From: a virus
Taxonomy: Duplodnaviria; Caudoviricetes
IMG/VR virus record: IMGVR_UViG_3300044678_001332
Span: 1-58,461 of that record
Length of the DNA: 58,461 nt
Reading direction: 5' to 3' (one strand)
Below, one piece after another: positions 1 to 6,951 of this stretch. Position 1 is the first letter of the stretch, and every line of letters begins with the position of its first letter. Under the pieces are notes generated by a model. It was not told where the DNA came from and made no database searches. It worked only from the letters and a program-made list of their open reading frames with translations. The translations under genes were made by a program, and so were the position numbers.

Positions 1-154
1 CTCTTATAAACTCACCATCAAGTTTCTTTAATGGATTATATTTCCAAGATGCTTCTTCAAGTGTTTCTTGTTTAGGTTCTTCTAATGGACCACAATCACA
101 AGTTATAGTATGACCACAATAACATTTAATTTGTTTAGGTTCTTCTTGTTCCAT
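1..154 (-). CDS. Hypothetical protein, partial (runs off window start)
   Basis: Manual translation from ATG at 154: MEQEEPKQIKCYCGHTITCDCGPLEEPKQETLEEASWKYNP..., open to position 1. Has a CxC...CxC motif. Confidence 0.6.
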   Translation of the reverse strand, partial: MEQEEPKQIKCYCGHTITCDCGPLEEPKQETLEEASWKYNPLKKLDGEFIR

Positions 155-470
155 AAGTTTTATTTCTGTTATCAGTAATAGTATTGTTTATTATACCATC
201 TAATGCCATTAATGCATTAGCAGCTACACAAGCAAGGTGATGTACTTTAGATTCATCCATATCTTCACCAGATAAATACTGATTAGTATGTCTTAATAAA
301 GCATCTATGTACCTTAATACATCACCTTGTTTAGAATAGTTAAAATCACCATACTTATCAGCACCATGAGTAAATACTTTAGCTACTTCATTTAATGCTA
401 ATTGTGGTATCATAGTAAACTTTGGTTTACCATCATCAAACTTAATAAACTGCTCCATGAAATATATCAT
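135..470 (-). CDS. dATP/dGTP diphosphohydrolase-domain protein (DUF5664-like)
   Basis: KFDDGK...EVAKVFTHGADKYGDFNY...RYIDALLRH...GEDMDES..HHLACVAANAL matches the family pattern. Confidence 0.75.
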   Translation of the reverse strand: MIYFMEQFIKFDDGKPKFTMIPQLALNEVAKVFTHGADKYGDFNYSKQGDVLRYIDALLRHTNQYLSGEDMDESKVHHLACVAANALMALDGIINNTITDNRNKTYGTRRT

Positions 471-720
471 TTAATATTTCTTCTTTTCTTTCAATATCAA
501 ACCAATACATAGTTGCAATACCTTTTACATCACTATAAAATGCATAACATTGTACTGAATCTAATAAATCTCTATGTCTATCAAGTTTATTACAAACAAG
601 ACTATCATTACTTATAACAAGTAAATTACATTCTTGGTTTATAATGTGAGTCTTTAATTTACTCTGTGAATAAGCACTTAAGCTTATCATTAATGTTAAA
701 ATAGTTATTATTCTTTTCAT
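442..720 (-). CDS. Hypothetical protein with N-terminal signal peptide
   Basis: 92-aa ORF starting MKRIITILTLMISLSAYSQ. Confidence 0.6.
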   Translation of the reverse strand: MKRIITILTLMISLSAYSQSKLKTHIINQECNLLVISNDSLVCNKLDRHRDLLDSVQCYAFYSDVKGIATMYWFDIERKEEILNDIFHGAVY

Positions 721-740
721 GTTAATTAGTTTTCTTGTTA

Positions 741-777
741 ATAAAAAATAAGTGGTAGCATTACACTACCACTTATT
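741..777 (-). terminator. Intrinsic terminator downstream of the tRNA cluster
   Basis: ATAAGTGGTAG/CTACCACTTAT stem followed by a T-run on the minus strand. Confidence 0.6.
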
Positions 778-811
778 ACAAACACACAAACACTATATCC
801 CCATATAGTAG

Positions 812-939
812 CAGTCAGGACAGGAATCGAACCTGTATGGTAACTTATGAGTTGGACTTTCACCGTGTTTTTCAAGGTTACTCTATGTTACCTTTACTGT
901 TAACCCTTATTCATGCGTCTACCATTCCGCCACCTGACT
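812..939 (-). ncRNA. tRNA-like RNA (Leu-type D arm) with ~78-nt insert replacing the anticodon/variable arm
   Basis: Acceptor AGTCAGG/CCTGACT, D arm TGGCGGAATGGTAGACGC, T arm ACAGG-TTCGATT-CCTGT. No canonical anticodon stem-loop found. Confidence 0.7.
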
Positions 940-941
940 AC

Positions 942-999
942 ATAATGTGTTATATAAGTAGCAAAACCATATGTTTTTGTTGATTATATAACACATTAT
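942..999. repeat. Perfect 16-bp inverted repeat spanning the spacer between the two tRNA-type genes
   Basis: ATAATGTGTTATATAA (942-957) / TTATATAACACATTAT (984-999). Confidence 0.9.
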
Positions 1000-1001
1000 T
1001 G

Positions 1002-1073
1002 TGTTTCCACTAGGAATCGAACCTAGATTGATGGTTTAGAAAACCATTGTTCTATCCGTTGAACTATGGAAAC
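1002..1073 (-). tRNA. tRNA-Arg (anticodon UCU)
   Basis: GTTTCCA/TGGAAAC acceptor, GTTC/GAAC D stem, ATGGT-TT-TCT-AA-ACCAT anticodon arm, CTAGG-TTCGATT-CCTAG T arm. CCA not encoded. Confidence 0.92.
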
Positions 1074-1078
1074 AAATA

Positions 1079-1111
1079 AAAACTAGCCCCAAAGATAATG
1101 AGGCTAGTTTT
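1079..1111 (-). terminator. Hairpin terminator (possibly bidirectional)
   Basis: AAAACTAGCC/GGCTAGTTTT stem flanked by A/T runs, just after the stop of 1135..1620. Confidence 0.55.
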
Positions 1112-1134
1112 AAAAAACAACAGCAAGTTATTAT

Positions 1135-1620
1135 TTATGCTCCAATAGATGCACGAAGTGCTTCTAGGTGAGAAGCTACTGATGAATCAGTAACATTACC
1201 CTCTACTACATTGTGACCTTTAGATGAAAATGCAGATTTAACTGCACTCTCAAATGCTGGAGAATCAGTATCACCAAATACTACAGTAGTATAAGTGTTT
1301 ACTGTTCTTACACCACCATCAGCAGTAGGGATATCATATCCACTTACTTCACGAGTTTCAATTGAACCCGCAAACCACCCACCATTGGCAGGATTGCTTT
1401 GGTTAAAAATAGCATCTGCATAGCCAACATCCATCTTATTAAGATAGTTGTTTTCATAGCAGTTGATTTTAGTAGTACGTGCTTGAGAAGCTGGTACTAC
1501 CATCTTTCCAAACGGAGTATCTATAAATCTAACCTCACCAAAGGTGATAGTTCTATAGTTACGACCATTTTTGTCTTGTTTTACTTCTGATTGAGCTGTT
1601 TTAATTACGATGTTACTCAT
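1135..1620 (-). CDS. Hypothetical phage protein (beta-rich)
   Basis: 161-aa ORF with natural composition, in the minus-strand gene run. Confidence 0.7.
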   Translation of the reverse strand: MSNIVIKTAQSEVKQDKNGRNYRTITFGEVRFIDTPFGKMVVPASQARTTKINCYENNYLNKMDVGYADAIFNQSNPANGGWFAGSIETREVSGYDIPTADGGVRTVNTYTTVVFGDTDSPAFESAVKSAFSSKGHNVVEGNVTDSSVASHLEALRASIGA

Positions 1621-1625
1621 GATTT

Positions 1626-1874
1626 CTAATTGTTTTTAAATTGTTTTTGATTGTTTTTGTTATTGTACTTATTTTGTTGCTGTTGTTTTATTTCTTTTAT
1701 GGCTAGTCTAATGTTATTAATGTCATTTTGACACTTGTTAAACATTATTACATCACCTTTGTTAATAAAGAAGTCACTCCACATAAAGTTCATCTGCAAG
1801 TTTTTATGCAGAATATCCATTTGTGTCATGTCCTCTTCATTCCACCGAATAGGCATTACAAAGTTATTGTTCAT
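1626..1874 (-). CDS. Hypothetical protein
   Basis: 82-aa ORF overlapping its upstream neighbour by 4 nt. Confidence 0.6.
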   Translation of the reverse strand: MNNNFVMPIRWNEEDMTQMDILHKNLQMNFMWSDFFINKGDVIMFNKCQNDINNIRLAIKEIKQQQQNKYNNKNNQKQFKNN

Positions 1875-2056
1875 TGCTTTTCTTTTTTTATTTGATTGAA
1901 GATGTGTTGTGATTGTGAGTTGTAGTCTAACACATCATTATAGCCTACAACTTTTTTTAGTTTTGGTTTTTGAGATAAAAAGTCACTCTCTGGCTTGTTA
2001 GGTTTAACCAGAGAGCTAACTTTAATTCTCATTATATTCCAGAGCGATAAATCCAT
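1871..2056 (-). CDS. Hypothetical protein
   Basis: 61-aa ORF in a tight operon arrangement. Confidence 0.5.
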   Translation of the reverse strand: MDLSLWNIMRIKVSSLVKPNKPESDFLSQKPKLKKVVGYNDVLDYNSQSQHIFNQIKKEKQ

Positions 2057-2126
2057 ATAGATATCATCATTAGAATGTAAAACATAAGAACATAATGTTC
2101 TGGGTCAAATTTTTTTAATATTGCTT

Positions 2127-2393
2127 TCATATTTCTACAATAAATAAATTACCTTTTTTACTTAACTTGTATTTACCTGTTTTTATAAGCTTTTTAAATT
2201 GCTTAGTAACAGACTGTTTTTCAATTTTACTACGATGATAGTAGTAATGTTGAGTAACAGCAGATAAACTTCTGTTAAGTTTTAATGCTGCTTGTTCAAA
2301 AGCATAACTTAATACAAATTGTTTATTTTCTTCAACAATTTGAAATAATATTTGCTCTTCTTTTGGACTCCACGAATTTCTATTAGTTGTCAT
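2127..2393 (-). CDS. Myb/SANT-like helix-turn-helix DNA-binding protein
   Basis: RNSWSPKEEQIL...AALKLNRSLSAVTQHYY resembles the W-S/T-x-E-E...RS..AV Myb-type pattern. Confidence 0.55.
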   Translation of the reverse strand: MTTNRNSWSPKEEQILFQIVEENKQFVLSYAFEQAALKLNRSLSAVTQHYYYHRSKIEKQSVTKQFKKLIKTGKYKLSKKGNLFIVEI

Positions 2394-2619
2394 GAAAATT
2401 AAAGTTTAAAGGATTAATAACTCTAGCAGTATATTCTGGCTGCTCATCCAGTTCTCCTTCATTGGGAATTAATTCTACTTCCACAATTCTAGATTCTAAT
2501 TTGTCAACAACTATTACATTGTTGAATTTAGATAATGGATACCATTTTTGTTTTGTTGGTGCTGATGGAAGGTATACCATAATATTACCATCAACATCGT
2601 GTAGTTCTCCTAAATACAT
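2383..2619 (-). CDS. Hypothetical protein
   Basis: 78-aa ORF overlapping the downstream gene start. Confidence 0.6.
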   Translation of the reverse strand: MYLGELHDVDGNIMVYLPSAPTKQKWYPLSKFNNVIVVDKLESRIVEVELIPNEGELDEQPEYTARVINPLNFNFHDN

Positions 2620-2624
2620 GTGTA

Positions 2625-2759
2625 TTAGTGTTTTGTCCAGCTCTTTTTAAAATTAGGGTCAGCTGATAATCCCTTGCAACCATATTTCTTACTTGATGTA
2701 CAGCTAGTGGCTACAGCTACTATACACATTAAAATGAAAATTGAGATTGTTTCTTTCAT
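2625..2759 (-). CDS. Small putative lipoprotein (44 aa, not in ORF track)
   Basis: Manual translation MKETISIFILMCIVAVATSC-TSSKKYGCKGLSADPNFKKSWTKH: hydrophobic stretch plus ATSC lipobox-like motif. Confidence 0.55.
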   Translation of the reverse strand: MKETISIFILMCIVAVATSCTSSKKYGCKGLSADPNFKKSWTKH

Positions 2760-2835
2760 GCTACGATTTTATACCAAAGCTTGGAAACTATATATTTCAA
2801 TAGTTCCCAAGCAATGATTGTTGTTAATAAATCCA

Positions 2836-3315
2836 TCAAAAATCTATTGTTATTTGCTTTGGAGGAGGTGGCAATTGATTATTATTTTCTCTCCAAATAT
2901 CCCAAGTACCAGGGAAATGGCTTTTAAAAAGAATATTGTTATCCTTTTTATACTTTTCTATTTTCAGAGATCTATTAAACATCATACAAGCTTTCTTATA
3001 CTTATAAAAATTAGTATAGATTTCTTGTTTAATGTTATAGTAGTTTTGAAGCATACTAACTTCAAAACTTACTGAATAATAGAAATTTTCTCTCCCATTT
3101 TTATCTATTGTAGAAAATACTTTTACAGTACAATCTTTTCCCAATGGATAGGTTTTTTCGTTTTGGTCATTTACAACCATTAAAGTACAATCATTTTTTA
3201 ATGACGTACTATAAGTCAATTTGACAGAAATTGTTTGTCTCATTGGGTGCTCTAGAATTTTAGCACATTTCTCTAATGTGACAAAGTTTAGTTCATTCTT
3301 GAATTTTGAATTCAT
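2836..3315 (-). CDS. Hypothetical protein
   Basis: 159-aa ORF preceded by the shared early leader motif. Confidence 0.65.
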   Translation of the reverse strand: MNSKFKNELNFVTLEKCAKILEHPMRQTISVKLTYSTSLKNDCTLMVVNDQNEKTYPLGKDCTVKVFSTIDKNGRENFYYSVSFEVSMLQNYYNIKQEIYTNFYKYKKACMMFNRSLKIEKYKKDNNILFKSHFPGTWDIWRENNNQLPPPPKQITIDF

Positions 3316-3348
3316 CTTTTAAAAGATTTAAAGGGTTAGAAAAAATTA

Positions 3349-3600
3349 TTAACATCCATAGGAAAAATGATTTGTTCCATCATCATCCCAGTAATCTGCT
3401 TCATTAAGTATTTCTTGAAATTCTTCTTCTTGAAAGTTACTTTCAATGTTTGATGTAGATTTAACTACTTGTGGCTTGTCAATTAATAAAGACTCATAAT
3501 AATGGATGATAGTTGTTACTCCTGTTCTAGGAATAACACTACCATCCATTAAATTAGTGAATCTCTGCATTGTTTTTTGTAGAGCTTCTTGCTTTGTCAT
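3349..3600 (-). CDS. Hypothetical protein
   Basis: 83-aa ORF with acidic C-terminus. Confidence 0.6.
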   Translation of the reverse strand: MTKQEALQKTMQRFTNLMDGSVIPRTGVTTIIHYYESLLIDKPQVVKSTSNIESNFQEEEFQEILNEADYWDDDGTNHFSYGC

Positions 3601-3602
3601 AA

Positions 3603-4100
3603 TTAAGCCATAGAAGAATAATCAATTTCTACTGGTTGGGGAGCTTGCCACACTTGTAATTTATTCCAAGATGATAAATCCATCGATGAATAAAGAGTTT
3701 CCATTTGTGGAAGTATTACATTATGACCTGTTGTGTTGTCACCCCATGACTTCTTGTACTCTTGATAATTCTCATGAGTAATCTCAGCAACATTTACGTC
3801 TTTACTGACATAAATATGTACTGATTTATTTTGTTCATAGCTGTAATTTACTTCTCTTCCAAAAGCATTAAAGCTAATGAAAGTAAATTTCCTATTGTTA
3901 CTATCAACAACAACCTGATTAATTACAGGTTCTTCATGAATACTTAACATTAATTCCATAGCAACTTCTGGATTAGGTGTTGCATATATTACCTTTAGTA
4001 AGTTATCAACATCCATTCCGCGATACTTAGACTCTAAAGCTGCTTTAAATACTTTAGAAAATTCTTGTTGATTGTTTTGATTGTTAGCTAATTTAGCCAT
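3603..4100 (-). CDS. Hypothetical protein
   Basis: 165-aa ORF preceded by the shared early leader motif. Confidence 0.7.
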   Translation of the reverse strand: MAKLANNQNNQQEFSKVFKAALESKYRGMDVDNLLKVIYATPNPEVAMELMLSIHEEPVINQVVVDSNNRKFTFISFNAFGREVNYSYEQNKSVHIYVSKDVNVAEITHENYQEYKKSWGDNTTGHNVILPQMETLYSSMDLSSWNKLQVWQAPQPVEIDYSSMA

Positions 4101-4130
4101 TTTATTTGTGGTTTAAAAGGTTACAAAAAA

Positions 4131-4695
4131 ATTAGTTGTAATACTACTACTGTGGAGATCAACCCACCCAACTCTATAGTTATATCACCTGAATATAACT
4201 CCTATCCTCGTAGTATTACAACTATAATTGGTTGTTAAGTTACCAACTTAGCTGCAGTGATTAAGTATTTCAACTTAATTTACATTACTCCAGATTTATA
4301 CCCTGCTATATCTGGTAAACAGTTAAAACACCTAAAACTTTGATAGAGTACAGTAAGAGTTCTCTATTGTACTTTCATTCTTACTACCTTAACAGCTTCC
4401 TTTGTGCATTTCTACATCAACATCAGAGTTTCAGCTAATTAAGCTAAGGAGTATAAGACCGACCTTACACTAACTTGTAATTAAATCTCAAAATATACCT
4501 TATAGGTGCTGAATGAGTATTACAATATTGTTAGTCTATCAAAGAATTAGGTGTTGTTTGCACTCAGTTGTAGTCCGCTAGATGTGTTAGTAAGGAAATA
4601 CCTATACTACAACTGTTAACCATAAGGTTAGTGCAAATGTGAAACAGGTGAGAGCAGAGCCACTAAATAGTGGATGCTCTACAACCTGCAGAACT
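4131..4695 (-). ncRNA. Putative structured non-coding RNA tract (multi-hairpin)
   Basis: No ORF in the track. Stems at 4133-4147/4210-4224, 4327-4347/4535-4555, 4287-4316, 4557-4637 and ~4646-4688. Strand inferred from flanking genes. Confidence 0.5.
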
Positions 4696-4696
4696 T

Positions 4697-5059
4697 CTAA
4701 ATTAATCCATAATTCTCTGGATTATCTAAAGCCATTTGTGCCATATATTCTATGGCTGGATAACTCACAGTTATTTCAAAGAACTGTAATAATCCTATCT
4801 CTTCAGCCTGAAGTATAGTTGTTCCTTCAGGTAGTCTCCCGCCCATAAACTGAGCAACATATAAAGTGTCTTTATTAGACAACTTTACATTTATTCTATT
4901 CATGGGAACACCTAAATGATCAGCAAGGTCTTGATGACCAATAGCTGATTGGCATTCATTAAAGTTGATATGTTCCTTTTTAATAGGAACAACTTCAATA
5001 GTTGCAACGCTATCTATAAGCATTTGCAACGAAAACGCATTTCCAATGATTTTTTTCAT
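4697..5059 (-). CDS. acrIII-1: AcrIII-1 / DUF1874 (STIV B116-like) cyclic tetra-adenylate ring nuclease, anti-CRISPR type III
   Basis: Family motifs in order: NAFSLQML, SAIGH, NRINVKL..KDTLYVAQ, RLPEG..L..EEI..LQFFEI. Colinear with SIRV1 gp29 as I recall it. Confidence 0.85.
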   Translation of the reverse strand: MKKIIGNAFSLQMLIDSVATIEVVPIKKEHINFNECQSAIGHQDLADHLGVPMNRINVKLSNKDTLYVAQFMGGRLPEGTTILQAEEIGLLQFFEITVSYPAIEYMAQMALDNPENYGLI

Positions 5060-5526
5060 TGTTTTAAGATTTAAAAAGTTAGTAAAAAATGGAATTCCAC
5101 CACATGTGATAACGTACTAGTTTATCTCTGATAAGTATGACTTATCTATGCCTTTCTGATATAGTATTACTATACGTGAGTGTAAACTTCTAACCTTGAA
5201 CCTGTATCCCAACAGAGGCTTCTTCGTAGTTTTAATATCTCAGTCCTTACACCGACTTTGACAACTATGCTTAAACACAACAACCACATTTCGCAGTTAT
5301 TACATATACACATAGACCTTCAGCTTTAAAGTTAAGCTAGAACTCCAGATTATAAAATGTCTGGTCATTTGATTTATTATACTCCATTACAAAACCCATA
5401 AGGATTAAATTACATGTAATATAGAGAGTGGTTATCCTGTACACAGCACCACTAAACAACCCCATTAATTTATAAGTGAATGGACACTATACATAGTTTA
5501 CTCTATGTACCCTTATTGCTAAGGTA

Positions 5527-5725
5527 ATTGCCCCTCTGCACTCAATTGTAATAAGGTTTATTCTCTACGCACTGATGATTAGGTCGTCCTATAAATAGAA
5601 GTCTAATCATACACACTATTAGCTAAATAAACATTGGCCAACTCTTACACAAACAATATGTGCAGTTCTCACCTTTATATTACAACTGCTCACCCTTGGG
5701 AAGTGAGTTATGGTGCATTAGCAAT
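5527..5725 (-). ncRNA. Twister ribozyme (P1-type) with large P5 insertion
   Basis: Minus strand reads ATTGC-TAA-TGCA-CC-ATAA-CTCAC-TTCCCAAGG-GTGAG-CAGTTGTAATA...TATTACAATTG-AG-TGCA-GAGGG-GCAAT. P1, UAA site, P2, P4 with UCCCAAG loop and the GAGGG pseudoknot partner are all present. Confidence 0.75.
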
Positions 5726-5781
5726 GTGCTCTTACTAAACTCACAACATGTGAGAACCTAGGAGCAATGGTTTTTGGCAAT

Positions 5782-6162
5782 TTAAATACTTGATTTAGAT
5801 AGATATAATTCCATACCAATTTTCATCTTATTAAATTTAGGTGAAAATATAATTTCAGGATATCTGCAATACTTAAATATAACTTCTAATTTCTTTTTAT
5901 CAAAGAATTCAGAGTATATTGTAATATCACTGTAATCATCTTCATCAGATTCAATGTGTCCTTTTAATTCACCATTACATTGGTTAATAAGGTAAGACAA
6001 AACCTGTTTTAAATCATCATTTTTAATGAGATTCAAGATTTCTTGTGTTTGATCAATTGTGTTCACGTTTTTTGAATTGAGGATTAGTGCTATATATACT
6101 ATAATGTTCCAACAATAGCACTTAGCTGGAAACATGTCAAATTCTATCCTTTTGAATACCAC
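5782..6162 (-). CDS. Hypothetical protein (start uncertain)
   Basis: 126-aa ORF from a GTG start. Confidence 0.5.
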   Translation of the reverse strand: MVFKRIEFDMFPAKCYCWNIIVYIALILNSKNVNTIDQTQEILNLIKNDDLKQVLSYLINQCNGELKGHIESDEDDYSDITIYSEFFDKKKLEVIFKYCRYPEIIFSPKFNKMKIGMELYLSKSSI

Positions 6163-6192
6163 CTAATAATCAACAACTTACAACAAGTTACA

Positions 6193-6231
6193 ATAAGTAT
6201 AGTACAGTTGTAATAACCATACTATACTTAT
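6193..6231. repeat. 12-bp perfect hairpin with CAGTTGTAATA in the loop
   Basis: ATAAGTATAGTA/TACTATACTTAT. Confidence 0.7.
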
Positions 6232-6245
6232 GAGCAAAAAGAAGC

Positions 6246-6506
6246 CTAAAAGGCTTCTTCTGCTGTGATACCAGGAAAATGAACCACTTTGTTCTCTCCA
6301 ACAGTGGAGATAACTAAGTTTTCATATTCTTTTCTCACTTCTTCTTGGGTAAGCGTACTTGCTAGAAATATGGGCTGATTCTCAAAAACCAACGCTTTAC
6401 GCAATTGGCCTTTATTTTTCCCTGACCTAACAGTGTACTTACCCCAACCTAGTTTTTTGGTATCTATTGAACTCAATAGACGCCAGAAAATCAATTTGTC
6501 TTTCAT
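6246..6506 (-). CDS. Hypothetical protein, first gene of the leftward transcription unit
   Basis: 86-aa ORF next to the strand-switch region. Confidence 0.6.
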   Translation of the reverse strand: MKDKLIFWRLLSSIDTKKLGWGKYTVRSGKNKGQLRKALVFENQPIFLASTLTQEEVRKEYENLVISTVGENKVVHFPGITAEEAF

Positions 6507-6614
6507 AAAAATAGTGGGGGATAAAGTTTACAGACTTAAGGGAGGGTGGTTTTTAATGGTAGGTACTCACTTACATAAACACAAAACATTTTTATTTTAT
6601 AAAAAAATTTTTTA

Positions 6615-6622
6615 TATCTTTG
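6615..6622 (+). promoter_or_regulatory. Bacteroidota-type -7 promoter element (TAnnTTTG)
   Basis: TATCTTTG in the AT-rich divergent region. Confidence 0.55.
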
Positions 6623-6901
6623 CACTGCAACCTAATTTTAATACACCTCTTAAAGTTAGATCACCCATAAGTAAATGTGGGTTAGAAGTTGGATCAATGT
6701 TCTCTAAATAAGAGAATAACTTTCTCCGATAGTTGCAAAAAGGGTTTTGGTATAATTGCAGGGCTACCACCAGCGTGTAAGGGGAAGAGTAGACTAGGGG
6801 CTAAAAACCAACTGCAGGAAATCCAAAATTAAGTTTAAAACTCTAAGGGGAAAATTATATCTACTCAGCAACAAGAAGTTAGCTTATAAGTTTACTTTTT
6901 A

Positions 6902-6933
6902 TTTGTTAAATTCAATTTCTCATTTTACTTTTG
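6902..6933 (+). promoter_or_regulatory. Bacteroidota-type promoter (-33 TTTG, -7 TACTTTTG)
   Basis: TTTG-N20-TACTTTTG, 18 nt upstream of the GroES-like ATG. Confidence 0.6.
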
Positions 6934-6951
6934 TTTTAAAATTTATAAGAT

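Noticed and set aside
1002-1073. Amber suppressor tRNA (CUA) and TAG recoding as in some crAss-like phages
   Set aside because: The 7-nt loop TTTCTAA centres on TCT (Arg). Long genes are unbroken under the standard code, and TAG occurs at natural gene ends (33207, 33759, 36574).
5572-5610. Hammerhead ribozyme from CTGATGA on the plus strand
   Set aside because: The following stem is closed by TCAT rather than GAAA; it is a hairpin inside the twister insert.
4131-5780. CRISPR mini-array
   Set aside because: No regularly spaced identical direct repeats; the similarities are short inverted stems.
6785-6880. Group I intron (P/Q/R-like words CTGCAGGAAA, CTCAGCA, AGACTA)
   Set aside because: Elements are out of order, there is no S element, and no gene is interrupted.
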